From the NCBI GenBank assembly GCA_025462725.1, contig JAOAPE010000012.1:233942-297941 (forward strand): DNA of 64,000 bases, read 5' to 3'. The stretch is from Terriglobales bacterium. Its GTDB lineage: Bacteria; Acidobacteriota; Terriglobia; Terriglobales; Acidobacteriaceae. A model generated the notes under the pieces. The model was not told where the DNA came from. It did not search any database and saw only the letters and a list, made by a program, of their open reading frames with translations. A program made the position numbers and the translations under genes. Below, piece after piece: positions 1 through 10,173 of the stretch. Position 1 is the stretch's first letter. Each line of letters starts with the position of its first letter.

Positions 1-251
1 ATCTCGTGCGCCATCAAAATGCCGAGCAGCGTAGCCGAGAATGGAATCCCCGAGAGCAAGCGCCGCGGGTCTTGCCAGATCCATCGCAGCGGAAAGAATG
101 CGGCATCGGCGATGAAGTTCGGACGTCCGTTGGTGAAGTTGTCTTGAAGCCGCGCGCCAATGATCAGGGTGGTGAGAATGGTAAGAAGAAAGAGCAGTGC
201 GTGAAGCCAATATTTGCGTTTCGGAGGTTGAATGATAAATGCGCCCGGCAT
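1..251 (-). CDS. Peptidase M50 / site-2 protease family, N-terminal part (gene runs off the left edge)
   Basis: Reverse-strand ATG at 251..249 opens MPGAFIIQPPKRKYWLHALLFLLTILTTLIIGA (TM helix). It is still open at base 1, where it reads LGILMAHE, the start of an HExxH motif. Absent from the ORF track because there is no stop in the window. Confidence 0.55.
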   Translation of the reverse strand, partial: MPGAFIIQPPKRKYWLHALLFLLTILTTLIIGARLQDNFTNGRPNFIADAAFFPLRWIWQDPRRLLSGIPFSATLLGILMAHE

Positions 252-326
252 CTGCGGTTGTGAGCGCGTGAAGGTGAAAGAGGACCCGCCGTTTGACATT
301 AGGGGAGAGCAGCTCGCCGCGAATCC

Positions 327-596
327 TTAATCGATCGACTGCAGTTCTTTTCCCGGCTTAAAGCGGACGGCCTTGCCCGGCGGGATGTTGACTTCAGCAC
401 CGGTACGCGGATTGCGTCCGATGCCGGTTTTGCGCGGACGCACGTTGAACACGCCGAAGCCGCGAAGCTCAATGCGGTCGCCCGTTGCCAGGGCTTTCTT
501 CATGCTCTCAAAGACCGTCTCTACGGCCGCTTCTGCTTTTGACTTGGTGATTCCTGTCTTGCTGACCACTTCGTTAATGATGTCAAGTTTGATCAC
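327..596 (-). CDS. HU/IHF family DNA-binding protein
   Basis: 89 aa. Motifs GDRIELRGFGVF and RNPRTGAEVNIPPGKAVRFKPGKEL are typical of the HU/IHF beta-arm. Confidence 0.9.
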   Translation of the reverse strand: MIKLDIINEVVSKTGITKSKAEAAVETVFESMKKALATGDRIELRGFGVFNVRPRKTGIGRNPRTGAEVNIPPGKAVRFKPGKELQSID

Positions 597-818
597 AAAA
601 GCGCTCCGCCCTCATTGCTGCTGCTCCATAGTAACAGGGAATGCCACCCCGTCAACCGCTTGTAAGCTGCGGATACTAAAGAACCTGCGAGCCATTGTCA
701 ATGTAAGTCGCGTGCCTTTAGTATAGGTGTTCGCGCTTTCAATCAAAGAAAAAACAAACGCAACCTTCGGGATTTTACCCGCTTCGCACCACGACTTCAT
801 TTTCACTGAGAGGCATGG

Positions 819-1373
819 ATGGCAATCAAGAGTGATCGTTGGATCCGCAGGATGGCGCTGGAGCATGACATGATCAGCCCGTTCAATGAGAAGCAAGTAC
901 GTGACGGCGTGATCTCCTACGGGCTGTCGTCATACGGATACGATCTGCGGGTCGCCGATGAATTCAAGATTTTCACCAATGTGAATTCAACGACCGTCGA
1001 TCCGAAACATTTCGACGAGCGCTCGTTTGTTTCCTTGCAATCGGATTGCTGCATTGTGCCTCCAAACTCTTTCGCTCTAGCCCGCTCAGTGGAGTACTTC
1101 AAGATCCCGCGCGATGTACTGACAATCTGCGTGGGCAAATCCACTTACGCGCGTTGTGGCATCATCGTTAACGTAACGCCTTTCGAGCCGGAATGGGAAG
1201 GCTTCGTCACGCTAGAAATTTCGAATAGCACGCCGTTACCCGCAAAGATTTACGCCAACGAAGGACTCTGCCAGATTCTATTCTTCCAGTCCGACGAGCC
1301 TTGTGAGACCAGTTACGCCGACAAGAAGGGCAAATATCAGGGGCAGAAGGGAATCGTGCTGCCCAAGCTGTAA
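819..1373 (+). CDS. dcd: dCTP deaminase
   Basis: 184 aa. [58 protein letters not shown] and AKIYANEG match the short Dcd type. Confidence 0.9.
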   Translation: MAIKSDRWIRRMALEHDMISPFNEKQVRDGVISYGLSSYGYDLRVADEFKIFTNVNSTTVDPKHFDERSFVSLQSDCCIVPPNSFALARSVEYFKIPRDVLTICVGKSTYARCGIIVNVTPFEPEWEGFVTLEISNSTPLPAKIYANEGLCQILFFQSDEPCETSYADKKGKYQGQKGIVLPKL

Positions 1374-1378
1374 CGAAT

Positions 1379-2830
1379 ATGTCCGCGCCAAAGCCCTCCG
1401 CGAATTCGAATTTCCACATGCCTTCTGAAGATTTCAGGAAGGCCGCCGAGCAGCTAACGGAATGGATCATCGCGTATCGAGATGGCATCGAGAAGTTCCC
1501 GGTAAAGTCGCAGGTGTTGCCAGGGGAAGTCGCCAAATCGCTTCCGGTGCATCCGCCCGAAAACGGTGAATCGTTCGATCAAGTACTGAAGGACGTTGAA
1601 CGATTCATTTTGCCGGGCGTGACTCACTGGCAGTCGCCAAACTTCTTCGCGTATTTTCCGGCGAATGCAAGCGAGCCATCGCTGCTCGGCGACATGCTTT
1701 CATCCGCGCTCGGTATTCAGGGAATGTTGTGGGAGACGGGACCTGCATGCACTGAGCTTGAAATCGTCGTCCTCGATTGGCTCGCCGAGATGCTCGACCT
1801 GCCCGCGCAGTTTCATTCGCGCAATAACGGCGGCGGAGTGATCCAGGATTCTGCGTCCGGCGCGACATTGTGCGCAATCCTTAGCGCACGCGAACGTGCC
1901 ACCAACTTCAGCGCAAATGAGAACGGAGTGGGACAGTCACTCACGGCGTACACTTCGGCGCACGCGCACTCATCCATTGAAAAAGACATCAAGATCGCTG
2001 GCATTGGCCGCAAGAATCTGCGCTTGATCGAAGTCGCAGATGATTTCACCATGCGCGCTGACCTTCTTGAAAAAGCCATCGAGCAGGACAAGAAAGATGG
2101 GAAGACTCCGTTCTTTGTCTGCGCGGCGGTGGGTACCACTTCGACGCTGGCAGTTGATCCTGTTGAAGAGATCGGACGTATCTGCCGCAAACACAATGTC
2201 TGGCTGCATGTTGACGCTGCCATGGCCGGCACGGCGGCGATCTGTCCGGAATTCCGCTACATTCAGCGTGGAGTCGAACTGGCTGACAGCTTCGTCTTCG
2301 ATGCCCACAAGTGGCTGTTCACGAATTTCGATTGCAGTTGCTACTACGTGGCCGATCGGGCAGCGTTGACGAATGCGCTCAGCATCACTCCGGAGTATCT
2401 GCGCAATACCGCTACTGAATCCGGCGCGGTGACTGATTTCCGCGAATGGCATGTCCCGCTCGGACGCCGCTTTCGTGCGCTGAAGCTGTGGTTCGTGATC
2501 CGACATTACGGTGTCGAAGGCCTGCGATTCCACATCCGGCAGCATGTGGAACTAACGAAGTGGCTCGCATCGGAAATCAAGAACGATGATCGCTTCGAGT
2601 TGTCTGCGCCGCAGAGCCTGAATCTGGTCTGTTTCAGGTTGAAGGGCACGGACGAGCAGAATCAGCAACTCATGTCAGCGTTGAATAAGAGCGGGAAGAT
2701 GTATCTTTCACACACCAAGCTGAATGGGAAATTTGTGCTGCGGTTGTGCGTAGGTCAGACGAAGACTGAACGACATCACGTGGAACAAGCCTGGGAGATG
2801 ATAAAAGCGGAGGCGGAAAAAATCGCCTAG
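1379..2830 (+). CDS. PLP-dependent aromatic-L-amino-acid decarboxylase family (group II decarboxylase)
   Basis: 483 aa. HWQSPNFFAYFPANASEPSLLGDML, the DAHKW PLP-lysine motif and SITPEYLRN. Confidence 0.85.
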   Translation: MSAPKPSANSNFHMPSEDFRKAAEQLTEWIIAYRDGIEKFPVKSQVLPGEVAKSLPVHPPENGESFDQVLKDVERFILPGVTHWQSPNFFAYFPANASEPSLLGDMLSSALGIQGMLWETGPACTELEIVVLDWLAEMLDLPAQFHSRNNGGGVIQDSASGATLCAILSARERATNFSANENGVGQSLTAYTSAHAHSSIEKDIKIAGIGRKNLRLIEVADDFTMRADLLEKAIEQDKKDGKTPFFVCAAVGTTSTLAVDPVEEIGRICRKHNVWLHVDAAMAGTAAICPEFRYIQRGVELADSFVFDAHKWLFTNFDCSCYYVADRAALTNALSITPEYLRNTATESGAVTDFREWHVPLGRRFRALKLWFVIRHYGVEGLRFHIRQHVELTKWLASEIKNDDRFELSAPQSLNLVCFRLKGTDEQNQQLMSALNKSGKMYLSHTKLNGKFVLRLCVGQTKTERHHVEQAWEMIKAEAEKIA

Positions 2831-3198
2831 CTTTTTACTTCTGAACTCTTGTACATGTATCGGATCGCCGACTTGTAAATCAGTACGCCGGTCTTTCCGT
2901 TGCGGTTGATCTTCAGGCAGTTCTTGTCATACCACTCGATCATCCCTACCAGTGAGTCGCCGCTCTTCAGCATCAGTGTGATCATGGTCTTCGCCTGGAT
3001 CTGTTTTTGGAAATAGAAATCCTCGGCGTGTGTGTGCTCCGTCGCAACTACTTTTCGCGCGACCTTCTCCGGTCGTACTGTCCGCTCCGGGACTCTCGTT
3101 TGTCCATCCGGCATAGTGGGACGGATCAATTTGCGGCTGACAAAGTCGTCTTTTTCACGTGCCCGCACTACGCCGGTCGAATCAGAATTGGACTTCAT
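2827..3198 (-). CDS. Hfq-like Sm-fold RNA-binding protein with a basic N-terminal extension
   Basis: The C-terminal ~65 aa (EDFYFQKQIQAKTMITLMLKSGDSLVGMIEWYDKNCLKINRNGKTGVLIYKSAIRYMY) follow the Hfq Sm1/Sm2 pattern, with YKSAI corresponding to YKHAI. The start codon is uncertain. Confidence 0.55.
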   Translation of the reverse strand: MKSNSDSTGVVRAREKDDFVSRKLIRPTMPDGQTRVPERTVRPEKVARKVVATEHTHAEDFYFQKQIQAKTMITLMLKSGDSLVGMIEWYDKNCLKINRNGKTGVLIYKSAIRYMYKSSEVKS

Positions 3199-3321
3199 CG
3201 TTAGAGAGAACTCCTCGGTTCAGAAAACACTGTATTGGACGGGTAATTTCGCTACCGTATCACAGAGGAAAACCGGTGGGCAAACGACAAACGACGACGC
3301 GCCATAACCGAGATAAGGTGT

Positions 3322-4416
3322 TTACCTCTCCAGCGCCGTGGCGAATGAGTCCAGGGAAAGCGAGCGCAGCAGGTTGCGACGCATGCCGGATTCCAATTGC
3401 CCCAGCTTTTGCGAGGCTTGCGCGATCCATTCGAACTCGACTTGCGCCGCTAGCTTCTTCAATTCCGGAAGCACATCAGTGTTTCGCACTAGCTCCGGCG
3501 ATTCTGATTTGATGAAGAGTAAATCTTCCAGCAGGGAATACGTTGCGCGGATGAGCTGATCCGTTTTGTCCTTGCCTTCGGCTCCGGCGCGATACGTTTC
3601 GGTGACCCGAAACAGCGGCGTGTGGTCATCGCTCTGCACGGCGGATTGCAATATCAGCAACGCGTCGGCGCGTCCGGCGGTGTACGACGGCAAGTCGAAG
3701 CTGAGCGCTTTACCGATTGCGCCGCCGCTGAGTCGCGCGACTAACTGACGCTGGCGGACATTCCATTCCGCGCGTTGTTCTGCCAGGAATCGCTCGATGT
3801 CAATGGTCGGCAGAGCGCCCAAAGTGAAACTGATGCAGCGCGAGCGGATGGTCGGGAGTAGTTCGCCGGAATTCGTAGTGAGAATGAAGATGGTCGCGAA
3901 ATCCGGCGGTTCTTCCAAAATTTTCAGCAGAGAATTCGCCGCTTCCTTCATGAATGCCGAATCGGTGAAGATGTAAACGCGCCGGCGGGCTTCGGCTGGC
4001 TTGTAATAGATCGTTTCAATCACGCGCCGTACTTGGCCAAGCTTGATCAGCATCTGCGGCGGATCAGGCGGAATAGCCAGCACCTCCGGATGCGACTGCA
4101 CGAATATTCGCGTGTCCTTTTTGTCTGCCTCCCGCATGTTCTCGCGCGCTTCGACGGCTTCCGCGAATCGCGCGTTGAGGTCGTCTGCTTCTGCGATTCG
4201 GGTGCAATTTGCGCAGTGTCCGCAATAGTCGGGCAAACCATCACTGGTCACTGGCGAGAGGCAATTCATCGCTTTCGCGAGCATCTGCGCCAGAGTATAT
4301 TTTCCTGCGCCTTCCGGCCCAGCAAGAATTACGGCATGAGGGAAGCGGTCGCGCGCCAGCATCTCGCGAAGCTGATGAATAATGCTCTGATTGCCGTGGA
4401 AGTCGTTGAAGCTCAC
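3322..4416 (-). CDS. holB: DNA polymerase III subunit delta-prime
   Basis: HAVILAGPEGAGKYTLAQMLAKAMNC plus the Cys cluster CGHCANC. 4-nt overlap with the upstream tmk, the classical tmk-holB arrangement. Confidence 0.85.
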   Translation of the reverse strand: MSFNDFHGNQSIIHQLREMLARDRFPHAVILAGPEGAGKYTLAQMLAKAMNCLSPVTSDGLPDYCGHCANCTRIAEADDLNARFAEAVEARENMREADKKDTRIFVQSHPEVLAIPPDPPQMLIKLGQVRRVIETIYYKPAEARRRVYIFTDSAFMKEAANSLLKILEEPPDFATIFILTTNSGELLPTIRSRCISFTLGALPTIDIERFLAEQRAEWNVRQRQLVARLSGGAIGKALSFDLPSYTAGRADALLILQSAVQSDDHTPLFRVTETYRAGAEGKDKTDQLIRATYSLLEDLLFIKSESPELVRNTDVLPELKKLAAQVEFEWIAQASQKLGQLESGMRRNLLRSLSLDSFATALER

Positions 4417-5090
4417 GCGTGCCTCGCAAGCGCAGCGGGCAATCGCTTCCTGACTGCCTTGATGATCTCCTTGTGAACGGCGCCGATAGATTGGTGCGCT
4501 TCCACTTTGACGACGCGGTTCGCTTCCCGTTTTGCAATTGCAAGATACGCTTTCTGGACGCGAGCGAAGAATTCTTCTTTCTCCATCTCGAAACGTCCTT
4601 CATCGATCTTCGCTTCGCTCTTCTTGCGGTCATTGCGACTGCGCGCGCGATGCACGCTGCTCGTCGAGTCAGAGATGAGAAGAACAGTGAGATCCGGCTG
4701 CAGATCACCGCATAAAACCTTATGAAGTTGAAGGACGGGCTGCGAGCCAAGCTGGCGACCACCGCCTTGATAGGCTTCAGACGAGTCTGTGAAACGATCG
4801 CACAGGACTATCTTTCCTTGCTTCAGCGCAGGAAGAATGACTTCATTGATCTGCTGCGCGCGCGAGGCAAACATCAGCGCCAACTCCGCCAGCGGGGCCA
4901 GTCCCGAAGTGCGCGAGTCCAGCAAGACGGAGCGAATTTTCTCACCGATAGCCGTGCCACCCGGTTCGCGCGTGATCACCACCTGATGGCCTCCGCGCTT
5001 GAGCGCGGCTGCCAGCTTCTCAAGCTGCGTAGTCTTGCCGCAGCCGTCGAGGCCTTCAAAGGTGATAAATTGTCCGCGCTTGTTGGGCAT
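4413..5090 (-). CDS. tmk: Thymidylate kinase
   Basis: FITFEGLDGCGKTTQ P-loop and the DRF motif (LCDRFTDSSEAYQG). Confidence 0.92.
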   Translation of the reverse strand: MPNKRGQFITFEGLDGCGKTTQLEKLAAALKRGGHQVVITREPGGTAIGEKIRSVLLDSRTSGLAPLAELALMFASRAQQINEVILPALKQGKIVLCDRFTDSSEAYQGGGRQLGSQPVLQLHKVLCGDLQPDLTVLLISDSTSSVHRARSRNDRKKSEAKIDEGRFEMEKEEFFARVQKAYLAIAKREANRVVKVEAHQSIGAVHKEIIKAVRKRLPAALARHA

Positions 5091-5195
5091 TGTGAGTGAA
5101 GGAAAATCATATCATCCGCCACATGGCGGACTTCGCGACGCGCTCATGCTATCCTTCGCGCATCAAAACTTCTGCGCCCACGGGTAGGAGGCGGC

Positions 5196-5444
5196 ATGCG
5201 GCTTGGCGACTACATCGATGATTATTGCTCCCGATGCAAGCGGACGACGGACCATTCGGTCGTCTCCATGATCGGGGAAGCGGTCAGCAAGACCCGCTGC
5301 CGCACCTGCGAAAGCGAACACAAATTCCGCCACAACAAAGGAAACAAAGAGATGACCGCGCGCGAGGCCTTCGACAAAGTTCTCGCCAGCGTGACCGGGT
5401 CGCAACCTGCTGTCCCGGAAAAACCGAAGCGTCGCAAAAAGTAG
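5196..5444 (+). CDS. Small zinc-ribbon protein, function unknown
   Basis: 82 aa. CSRC-x17-CRTC pair followed by a Lys/Arg-rich tail. Confidence 0.5.
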   Translation: MRLGDYIDDYCSRCKRTTDHSVVSMIGEAVSKTRCRTCESEHKFRHNKGNKEMTAREAFDKVLASVTGSQPAVPEKPKRRKK

Positions 5445-5518
5445 CTCTATCCTCGCGAAACCTTCCCTCAAAATAATCAATCTTCGGGCAAAACTAGCTG
5501 CGATTTCCGCACCTTACA

Positions 5519-6166
5519 ATGTGGCAGTCCGGCCCCATGTTTCCCCTGACCCCGGTGCAAGTGAAATCGGCCCCAGTTCTACCTCAAGTAGTTGTGCTAC
5601 TTGCGCTTGCAATCCCTATTGGGGTCCCTACCGGCGCTCTCGCGCAGAACCCGGATGATGGAACTCAGCTTCACGCCGCCATGCCTCTGGGCGGAGACTC
5701 AATCATCTTGCAGCCTGCAAAGCGCCGCCTGAACATGCTTGCGACGGTCGAATGCAAGGACTTTGAGAACATCAAGCTTGTCGGCACGGGCGGTACTAAA
5801 AAAGTTCTGGATACAGACGGTAATCCGGTCAAGCAATATCCGCCAGAACTCGGTGTGCGTTTCACTGTGGGCAGCCGCACCGTGTCGCAGGAGCCGACGC
5901 CGAACACCGTCGAAGCGACTACCGATGTTGACCACTTCCAATCAAATCTTCAATTCAGGCTGAAGGTGTTTCACGGCATCCATGCCACGGTGCTGGAGCC
6001 TACCGAAATGAAGATGATCGGTATTCCTGCCGACATCCCCGCCGACGAGCGCATTTACCATCTCACATTCAAACTGCCTGACGTGCCCGTCGAAGACAGA
6101 ATCATGTTTGAAGTGCTCGATGAGAACGGCACCCGGGTCGCGAAGTTTCATCTGCAGTTAATGTAG
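5519..6166 (+). CDS. Secreted hypothetical protein
   Basis: 215 aa. Hydrophobic N-terminal signal-like segment (VVVLLALAIPIGVPTGALAQ). No family recognised. Confidence 0.5.
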   Translation: MWQSGPMFPLTPVQVKSAPVLPQVVVLLALAIPIGVPTGALAQNPDDGTQLHAAMPLGGDSIILQPAKRRLNMLATVECKDFENIKLVGTGGTKKVLDTDGNPVKQYPPELGVRFTVGSRTVSQEPTPNTVEATTDVDHFQSNLQFRLKVFHGIHATVLEPTEMKMIGIPADIPADERIYHLTFKLPDVPVEDRIMFEVLDENGTRVAKFHLQLM

Positions 6167-6176
6167 AATCCTGCGC

Positions 6177-6620
6177 ATGAATTCCGGCGCTGCATTGCAA
6201 CGCGCAAACTCCCGTCCAGGTCACGCTCCGCAACTCGGTCGCATACACGTGATCGCCGGATTCATCACGCTGGTCGCGTTCCTTTTCACGGGCGTTTACA
6301 TGAAGACTCATTCAGTGAAGCTGCTGCCGGATGGTGTCCGCCTACTCTATCGTTCGCGGCACATCTACCTGCTCTTTTCAGGGTTGCTCAACCTTACAGT
6401 CGGCGTGCGATATCCCGGGCTCGTGACGGGAGCGTCAAGGATGGTCAGCGCATTCAGCTCCGCTCTCTTGCTTATCGCACCGCTGTTCATCTGCGCCGGA
6501 TTCTTTCTAGAGCCGCCGAGCGGCAGTCTGGAAACTCCGTGGTCACACGTCGGAGTCATCGCCGCCGCAGCAGGGACAGTGCTGCTGGCGATCGCACAGC
6601 GGAGCCGCAACAGCGTCTAG
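6177..6620 (+). CDS. Hypothetical integral membrane protein
   Basis: 147 aa with about 4 hydrophobic helices. Confidence 0.5.
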   Translation: MNSGAALQRANSRPGHAPQLGRIHVIAGFITLVAFLFTGVYMKTHSVKLLPDGVRLLYRSRHIYLLFSGLLNLTVGVRYPGLVTGASRMVSAFSSALLLIAPLFICAGFFLEPPSGSLETPWSHVGVIAAAAGTVLLAIAQRSRNSV

Positions 6621-7339
6621 GCGCCTGCGATTTTGGGAATCGCGATTTCCGGTTCGATCACGCCGTCTTCAAGTTCTTCGATAAATGCCAGCACCTCCTG
6701 CGATTGCTGTGCGTTCCACACCGGAGCAAACGTCTTACGATGCAACTCCGTTGGCCCGTGGTCGCGCAATGCCGCCAGGTGTTTGGGCGCGCTGTATCCT
6801 TTGTTCGACGCCAGATCGTAATGCGGATACGTTGGAGCCAGCTCGCGCATCATGCGATCGCGCTCGACTTTGGCGATGATAGAGGCAGCGGCAATCGAAC
6901 AACTCAGGGCATCGCCGTGGATGATCTTGGTCTGCGCAATGCGCTCAGTAGCGGAAGGGAAGTCAACAACCATTGCGTCCACGAGCAGATGGTCGGGGAC
7001 TATCGACAACTGCACAACCGCGTTAAGCATGGCCAAGCGCGATGCGTGATAGATGTTGATGGTGTCGATCGTCAGCACATCTACTGAGGCGATGCTAATG
7101 GCAATTGAATGTTCGCGGATTTTCTCCGCCAGCGACTCGCGTTTGTGTTGCGCAATCAGCTTCGAATCCCGCAATCCGCGGATGCGGTAGTCAGGCTCAA
7201 GAATCACCGCCGCAGCTACGACCGGGCCGAATAAACATCCGCGGCCGACTTCATCGACTCCGGCCACCAACTTCGCTCCGGCAGCCCATGCCTGTTTTTC
7301 AAATTTCAGTGTGCACTTCAGGCGCTTGAGCAAACGCAT
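6617..7339 (-). CDS. rnhB: Ribonuclease HII
   Basis: VAGVDEVGRGCLFGPVVAAAVIL and DSK motifs. I place the start at the internal ATG 7339 (MRLLKRL...) because a rho-independent terminator for rplS lies at 7472..7509, inside the longer ORF 6617..7489. Confidence 0.85.
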   Translation of the reverse strand: MRLLKRLKCTLKFEKQAWAAGAKLVAGVDEVGRGCLFGPVVAAAVILEPDYRIRGLRDSKLIAQHKRESLAEKIREHSIAISIASVDVLTIDTINIYHASRLAMLNAVVQLSIVPDHLLVDAMVVDFPSATERIAQTKIIHGDALSCSIAAASIIAKVERDRMMRELAPTYPHYDLASNKGYSAPKHLAALRDHGPTELHRKTFAPVWNAQQSQEVLAFIEELEDGVIEPEIAIPKIAGA

Positions 7340-7471
7340 TTTCGCGGCGGCAGCTGAGAGTTTTTTCGCGCCGGCGCCGACGAGAGCGGGAATGGAACTT
7401 TGGATTGGAGGAGTTTCGGAAGACAATCTACACGCGCCAGAAGTATTGCAAGCTGACGTCAGTTTCACGCG

Positions 7472-7509
7472 AAAACGGCTCCGATGCAATAGGCAATTGC
7501 ACGGAGCCG
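7472..7509 (-). terminator. Rho-independent terminator after rplS
   Basis: On the reverse strand: CGGCTCCG TGCAAT tgcct ATTGCA tCGGAGCCG (two stacked stems with a one-base bulge), followed by TTTT. Confidence 0.7.
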
Positions 7510-7534
7510 ATTCGAACTAAGTTGCAGGACTGCG

Positions 7535-7891
7535 TTAGCGCGCGACTTCGACTTCCTTCAAGCGTGCCGACTTGCCCTTCAATGCGCGCAAGTAGAACAG
7601 TTTCGCGCGGCGAACCTGGTTCGAGCGCAGCACTTCTACGCGGTCGATCACTTTCGAGTGGAGAGGGAAGATACGTTCTACGCCCTGGCCAAAGCTGATC
7701 TTGCGGACGGTGAAGCTGGCCTGAGCGCCGTTTCTCTTCTTGATCAAAGTTCCTTCAAAGGCCTGAACGCGCTCTTTGTCGCCTTCTTTGATCTTTACGT
7801 GGACACGCACGCTATCTCCCGGTTTCATCACCGGCATATCTGTGCGTTGCAGTTTGCTGGCAAGCTTCGCCATGATCGGATGAATTGACAT
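7535..7891 (-). CDS. rplS: 50S ribosomal protein L19
   Basis: [33 protein letters not shown] and RRAKLFYLR. Confidence 0.95.
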   Translation of the reverse strand: MSIHPIMAKLASKLQRTDMPVMKPGDSVRVHVKIKEGDKERVQAFEGTLIKKRNGAQASFTVRKISFGQGVERIFPLHSKVIDRVEVLRSNQVRRAKLFYLRALKGKSARLKEVEVAR

Positions 7892-7910
7892 GATCTGTTC
7901 CTCGTTATCC

Positions 7911-8732
7911 TTAATTTCCTGTCGCCTGTTCCTCGCGGATCTGGGCGATCAATCTCTGGTCTTCCTCGCTCAATCCGCCGCGATCCAACAGATCAGGACG
8001 GTTGCGCAATGTCTTTTCCAGCGCCTTCTTGCGGCGCCACTTTCGAATCTCTACATGGTTGCCGGAACTCAAAACCTCCGGCACCGCTATGCCGCGAAAC
8101 TCCGCAGGCCTTGTGTAATGCGGATAATCCAGCAACCCGCCGGATGTACACGTGGAACTCGGAACATCATCGCCCGAATCCACCGGCAGAGTCCGCGAAC
8201 TGAAACTCTCCTGCTGGCTTGACGCTTCGTTGCCTAACGCCCCCGGCACCAGCCTGGTGACCGCATCCACTATAATCGCGGCTCCCAACTCCCCGCCGCT
8301 TAAAACAAAATCCCCGACCGAAATCTCGCGGTCAACCAACTCTTCCGCCACGCGCTCATCTACGCCTTCATACCGGCCGCAGATCATTACTACGCGTTCC
8401 AGTTGCGACAACTCTTCCGCAACTCCCTGGTCGAACACCCGACCCTGTGGCGAAAGCAGCACCACTGTTTCCTTGCTCGCGTTCCGCTTCTCGCGAGGCG
8501 AAACTCCCAGCGACTCCACACATTCGAAGATGGGCTCAGCTTTCAGCACCATCCCCTCACCACCACCAAATGGACGGTCGTCCACCGTTTTGTGGCGATC
8601 ATGCGTATGTGCCCGCAGATCATGTACAGCAACTTCAATCAGTTTGGCTTCGCGCGCCCTGCGCACAATGCCGAAATCCAGTGGCCCGCGAAAAAAGTCC
8701 GGAAAAATCGTGATGATCTCGAACTTTGTCAT
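7911..8732 (-). CDS. trmD: tRNA (guanine37-N1)-methyltransferase
   Basis: [26 protein letters not shown] and the position within the rpsP operon. Confidence 0.92.
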   Translation of the reverse strand: MTKFEIITIFPDFFRGPLDFGIVRRAREAKLIEVAVHDLRAHTHDRHKTVDDRPFGGGEGMVLKAEPIFECVESLGVSPREKRNASKETVVLLSPQGRVFDQGVAEELSQLERVVMICGRYEGVDERVAEELVDREISVGDFVLSGGELGAAIIVDAVTRLVPGALGNEASSQQESFSSRTLPVDSGDDVPSSTCTSGGLLDYPHYTRPAEFRGIAVPEVLSSGNHVEIRKWRRKKALEKTLRNRPDLLDRGGLSEEDQRLIAQIREEQATGN

Positions 8733-8743
8733 TTCCGGTACTA

Positions 8744-9316
8744 CTACTTCTTCTCGTCTGTCTTGAGAGGTGTTCCTAAATCTAAAAGCCCCTCAGGCAG
8801 TTGCATCTCGATCCGCTTCGCGGGCAAATCCAGCTTCCGTAAAAACTGTTCAGCGTAAGGGACCAGATGTTCCATCTTTCCTGTTACGACTAGCGTCGGC
8901 GCTGTTCCTGCGCCAAACTGAACGTCTTTCACTACGCCGACTTCCGTCGGACTATCTTGATTCGCAAAATCCCAGACCGTGCATCCGATCAGGTCGCTTA
9001 CAAACGCCGTGCCCTCTTCCAACTCTGTGCGTTCCGCGAGCGGGATTTGTAATTCACTTCCAATCAGCAATTCCGCATCGTCGATGGAATCAATCCCTGC
9101 AAACTTCAAAACCATCCAACCCTTATGCGGCCAGTGGTCTTCTACCTGTAACTCACGTCGGCTATCGTCTTTGCCTAACGCGAACAATCTTTTACGTTCC
9201 GCGAATTTCTCGGGGAAATCGGTATAGAGGTCAGCGGCAACTTCTCCGTGGCGACCTTGTGTCTTCGCCACCCGTGCGATGGTGATGTATCCGCCTTCGC
9301 TATCGCCGACTGCCAA
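8744..9316 (-). CDS. rimM: 16S rRNA processing protein RimM
   Basis: ITIARVAKTQGRHGEV N-terminus, C-terminal PRC-barrel-like part, and operon position between the KH protein and trmD. Confidence 0.85.
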   Translation of the reverse strand: MAVGDSEGGYITIARVAKTQGRHGEVAADLYTDFPEKFAERKRLFALGKDDSRRELQVEDHWPHKGWMVLKFAGIDSIDDAELLIGSELQIPLAERTELEEGTAFVSDLIGCTVWDFANQDSPTEVGVVKDVQFGAGTAPTLVVTGKMEHLVPYAEQFLRKLDLPAKRIEMQLPEGLLDLGTPLKTDEKK

Positions 9317-9321
9317 GGTTG

Positions 9322-9690
9322 TTACTCTGCGCCTTCGGCGCCGGTGTTCACGCTGTCTTCATCTTCAATGATTTCCAGCGTGCAGCGAGTATTCAACTTC
9401 GACGCGGCTGCATCGAGCAGTGTCCGCAATGACCGCACCGTGCGGCCTTGCTTGCCGATGACTTTGCCCACGTCCTTCTGCGCCACGCGCAGGTTCAGGA
9501 CGATGCCACCCGACTCCTTCACTTCCTCAACGCTCACCTGTTCCGGATGTTCCACCAGGAACTTGACGACATCTTCCACTAACTGCCGGGCATTCACCGT
9601 GGAGGCCGCAGCTTCCGGCTTGGGCGCAGTCGGTTCCTCAGCGCGAACTTCCGCAGCGGCATTGGCGTCATTGTGAGCTTGATCGGTCAT
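9322..9690 (-). CDS. KH-domain RNA-binding protein (YlqC/UPF0109-like) with an Ala/Glu-rich N-terminal extension
   Basis: VGKVIGKQGRTVRSLRTLL contains the GxxG KH motif. Conserved position between rpsP and rimM. Confidence 0.8.
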   Translation of the reverse strand: MTDQAHNDANAAAEVRAEEPTAPKPEAAASTVNARQLVEDVVKFLVEHPEQVSVEEVKESGGIVLNLRVAQKDVGKVIGKQGRTVRSLRTLLDAAASKLNTRCTLEIIEDEDSVNTGAEGAE

Positions 9691-9728
9691 AAGGGTCGCG
9701 TACTCCCATCAAACAATGGGAGACAATC

Positions 9729-9980
9729 TTATGCAGCAGGAACGGCCGCCGGAGCCTTCTTGAGAAGGACGTCCAAACGGTCAGACAACTGCGCTCCCTT
9801 TGAGACCCAATAGTCAATGCGATCGCGCTTCAGATCCACACTGGCAGGGTTAGTACGCGGATTGTAGGTGCCCACAATCTCAACTGCGCGGCCATTGCGC
9901 GCGCGTTCTTTGTCGATCACCACTACACGATAGTACGGCTGCTTACGCGCACCAACGCGCGCTAAACGAATCATCAACAC
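9729..9980 (-). CDS. rpsP: 30S ribosomal protein S16
   Basis: MLMIRLARVGARKQPYYRVVV and the DYWVSKGAQLS motif. Confidence 0.95.
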   Translation of the reverse strand: MLMIRLARVGARKQPYYRVVVIDKERARNGRAVEIVGTYNPRTNPASVDLKRDRIDYWVSKGAQLSDRLDVLLKKAPAAVPAA

Positions 9981-10173
9981 TGTAAGTACTTTCCTTTTCT
10001 GTTAGTTCCGGCTATATCGGATGCGGTGCCGTGATTAAGTCAGCGGCAGGCAGATAGACACCCATACACTTGAGGTCAAGCAGAGAGGTGCAAACCAATA
10101 TTATGCAGGATGTTAGGGGGAATTGGCAAGGTGGGAGAACCCACGGTAGTGGTGCACCCACCTTTGGAAGATA

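Noticed and set aside
6-263. 85-aa plus-strand ORF at the window start
   Set aside because: Antisense to the N-terminus of an M50-protease-like gene (TM helix plus the HE of HExxH) that runs off the edge.
1970-2545. Long antisense ORFs inside confidently called genes (also 4241..4762, 17139..17762, 21967..22671, 26085..26735, 48163..48720, 30725..31534, 22898..23455)
   Set aside because: Each lies wholly within or opposite a gene with strong family motifs and has the Arg/Ser/Ala/Pro-rich composition expected of non-coding frames in GC-rich DNA.
10128-10165. Hairpin AAGGTGGG...CCCACCTT as terminator of the 75-aa membrane ORF
   Set aside because: A stem is present but there is no downstream T-run in gene orientation, so it is not a convincing intrinsic terminator.
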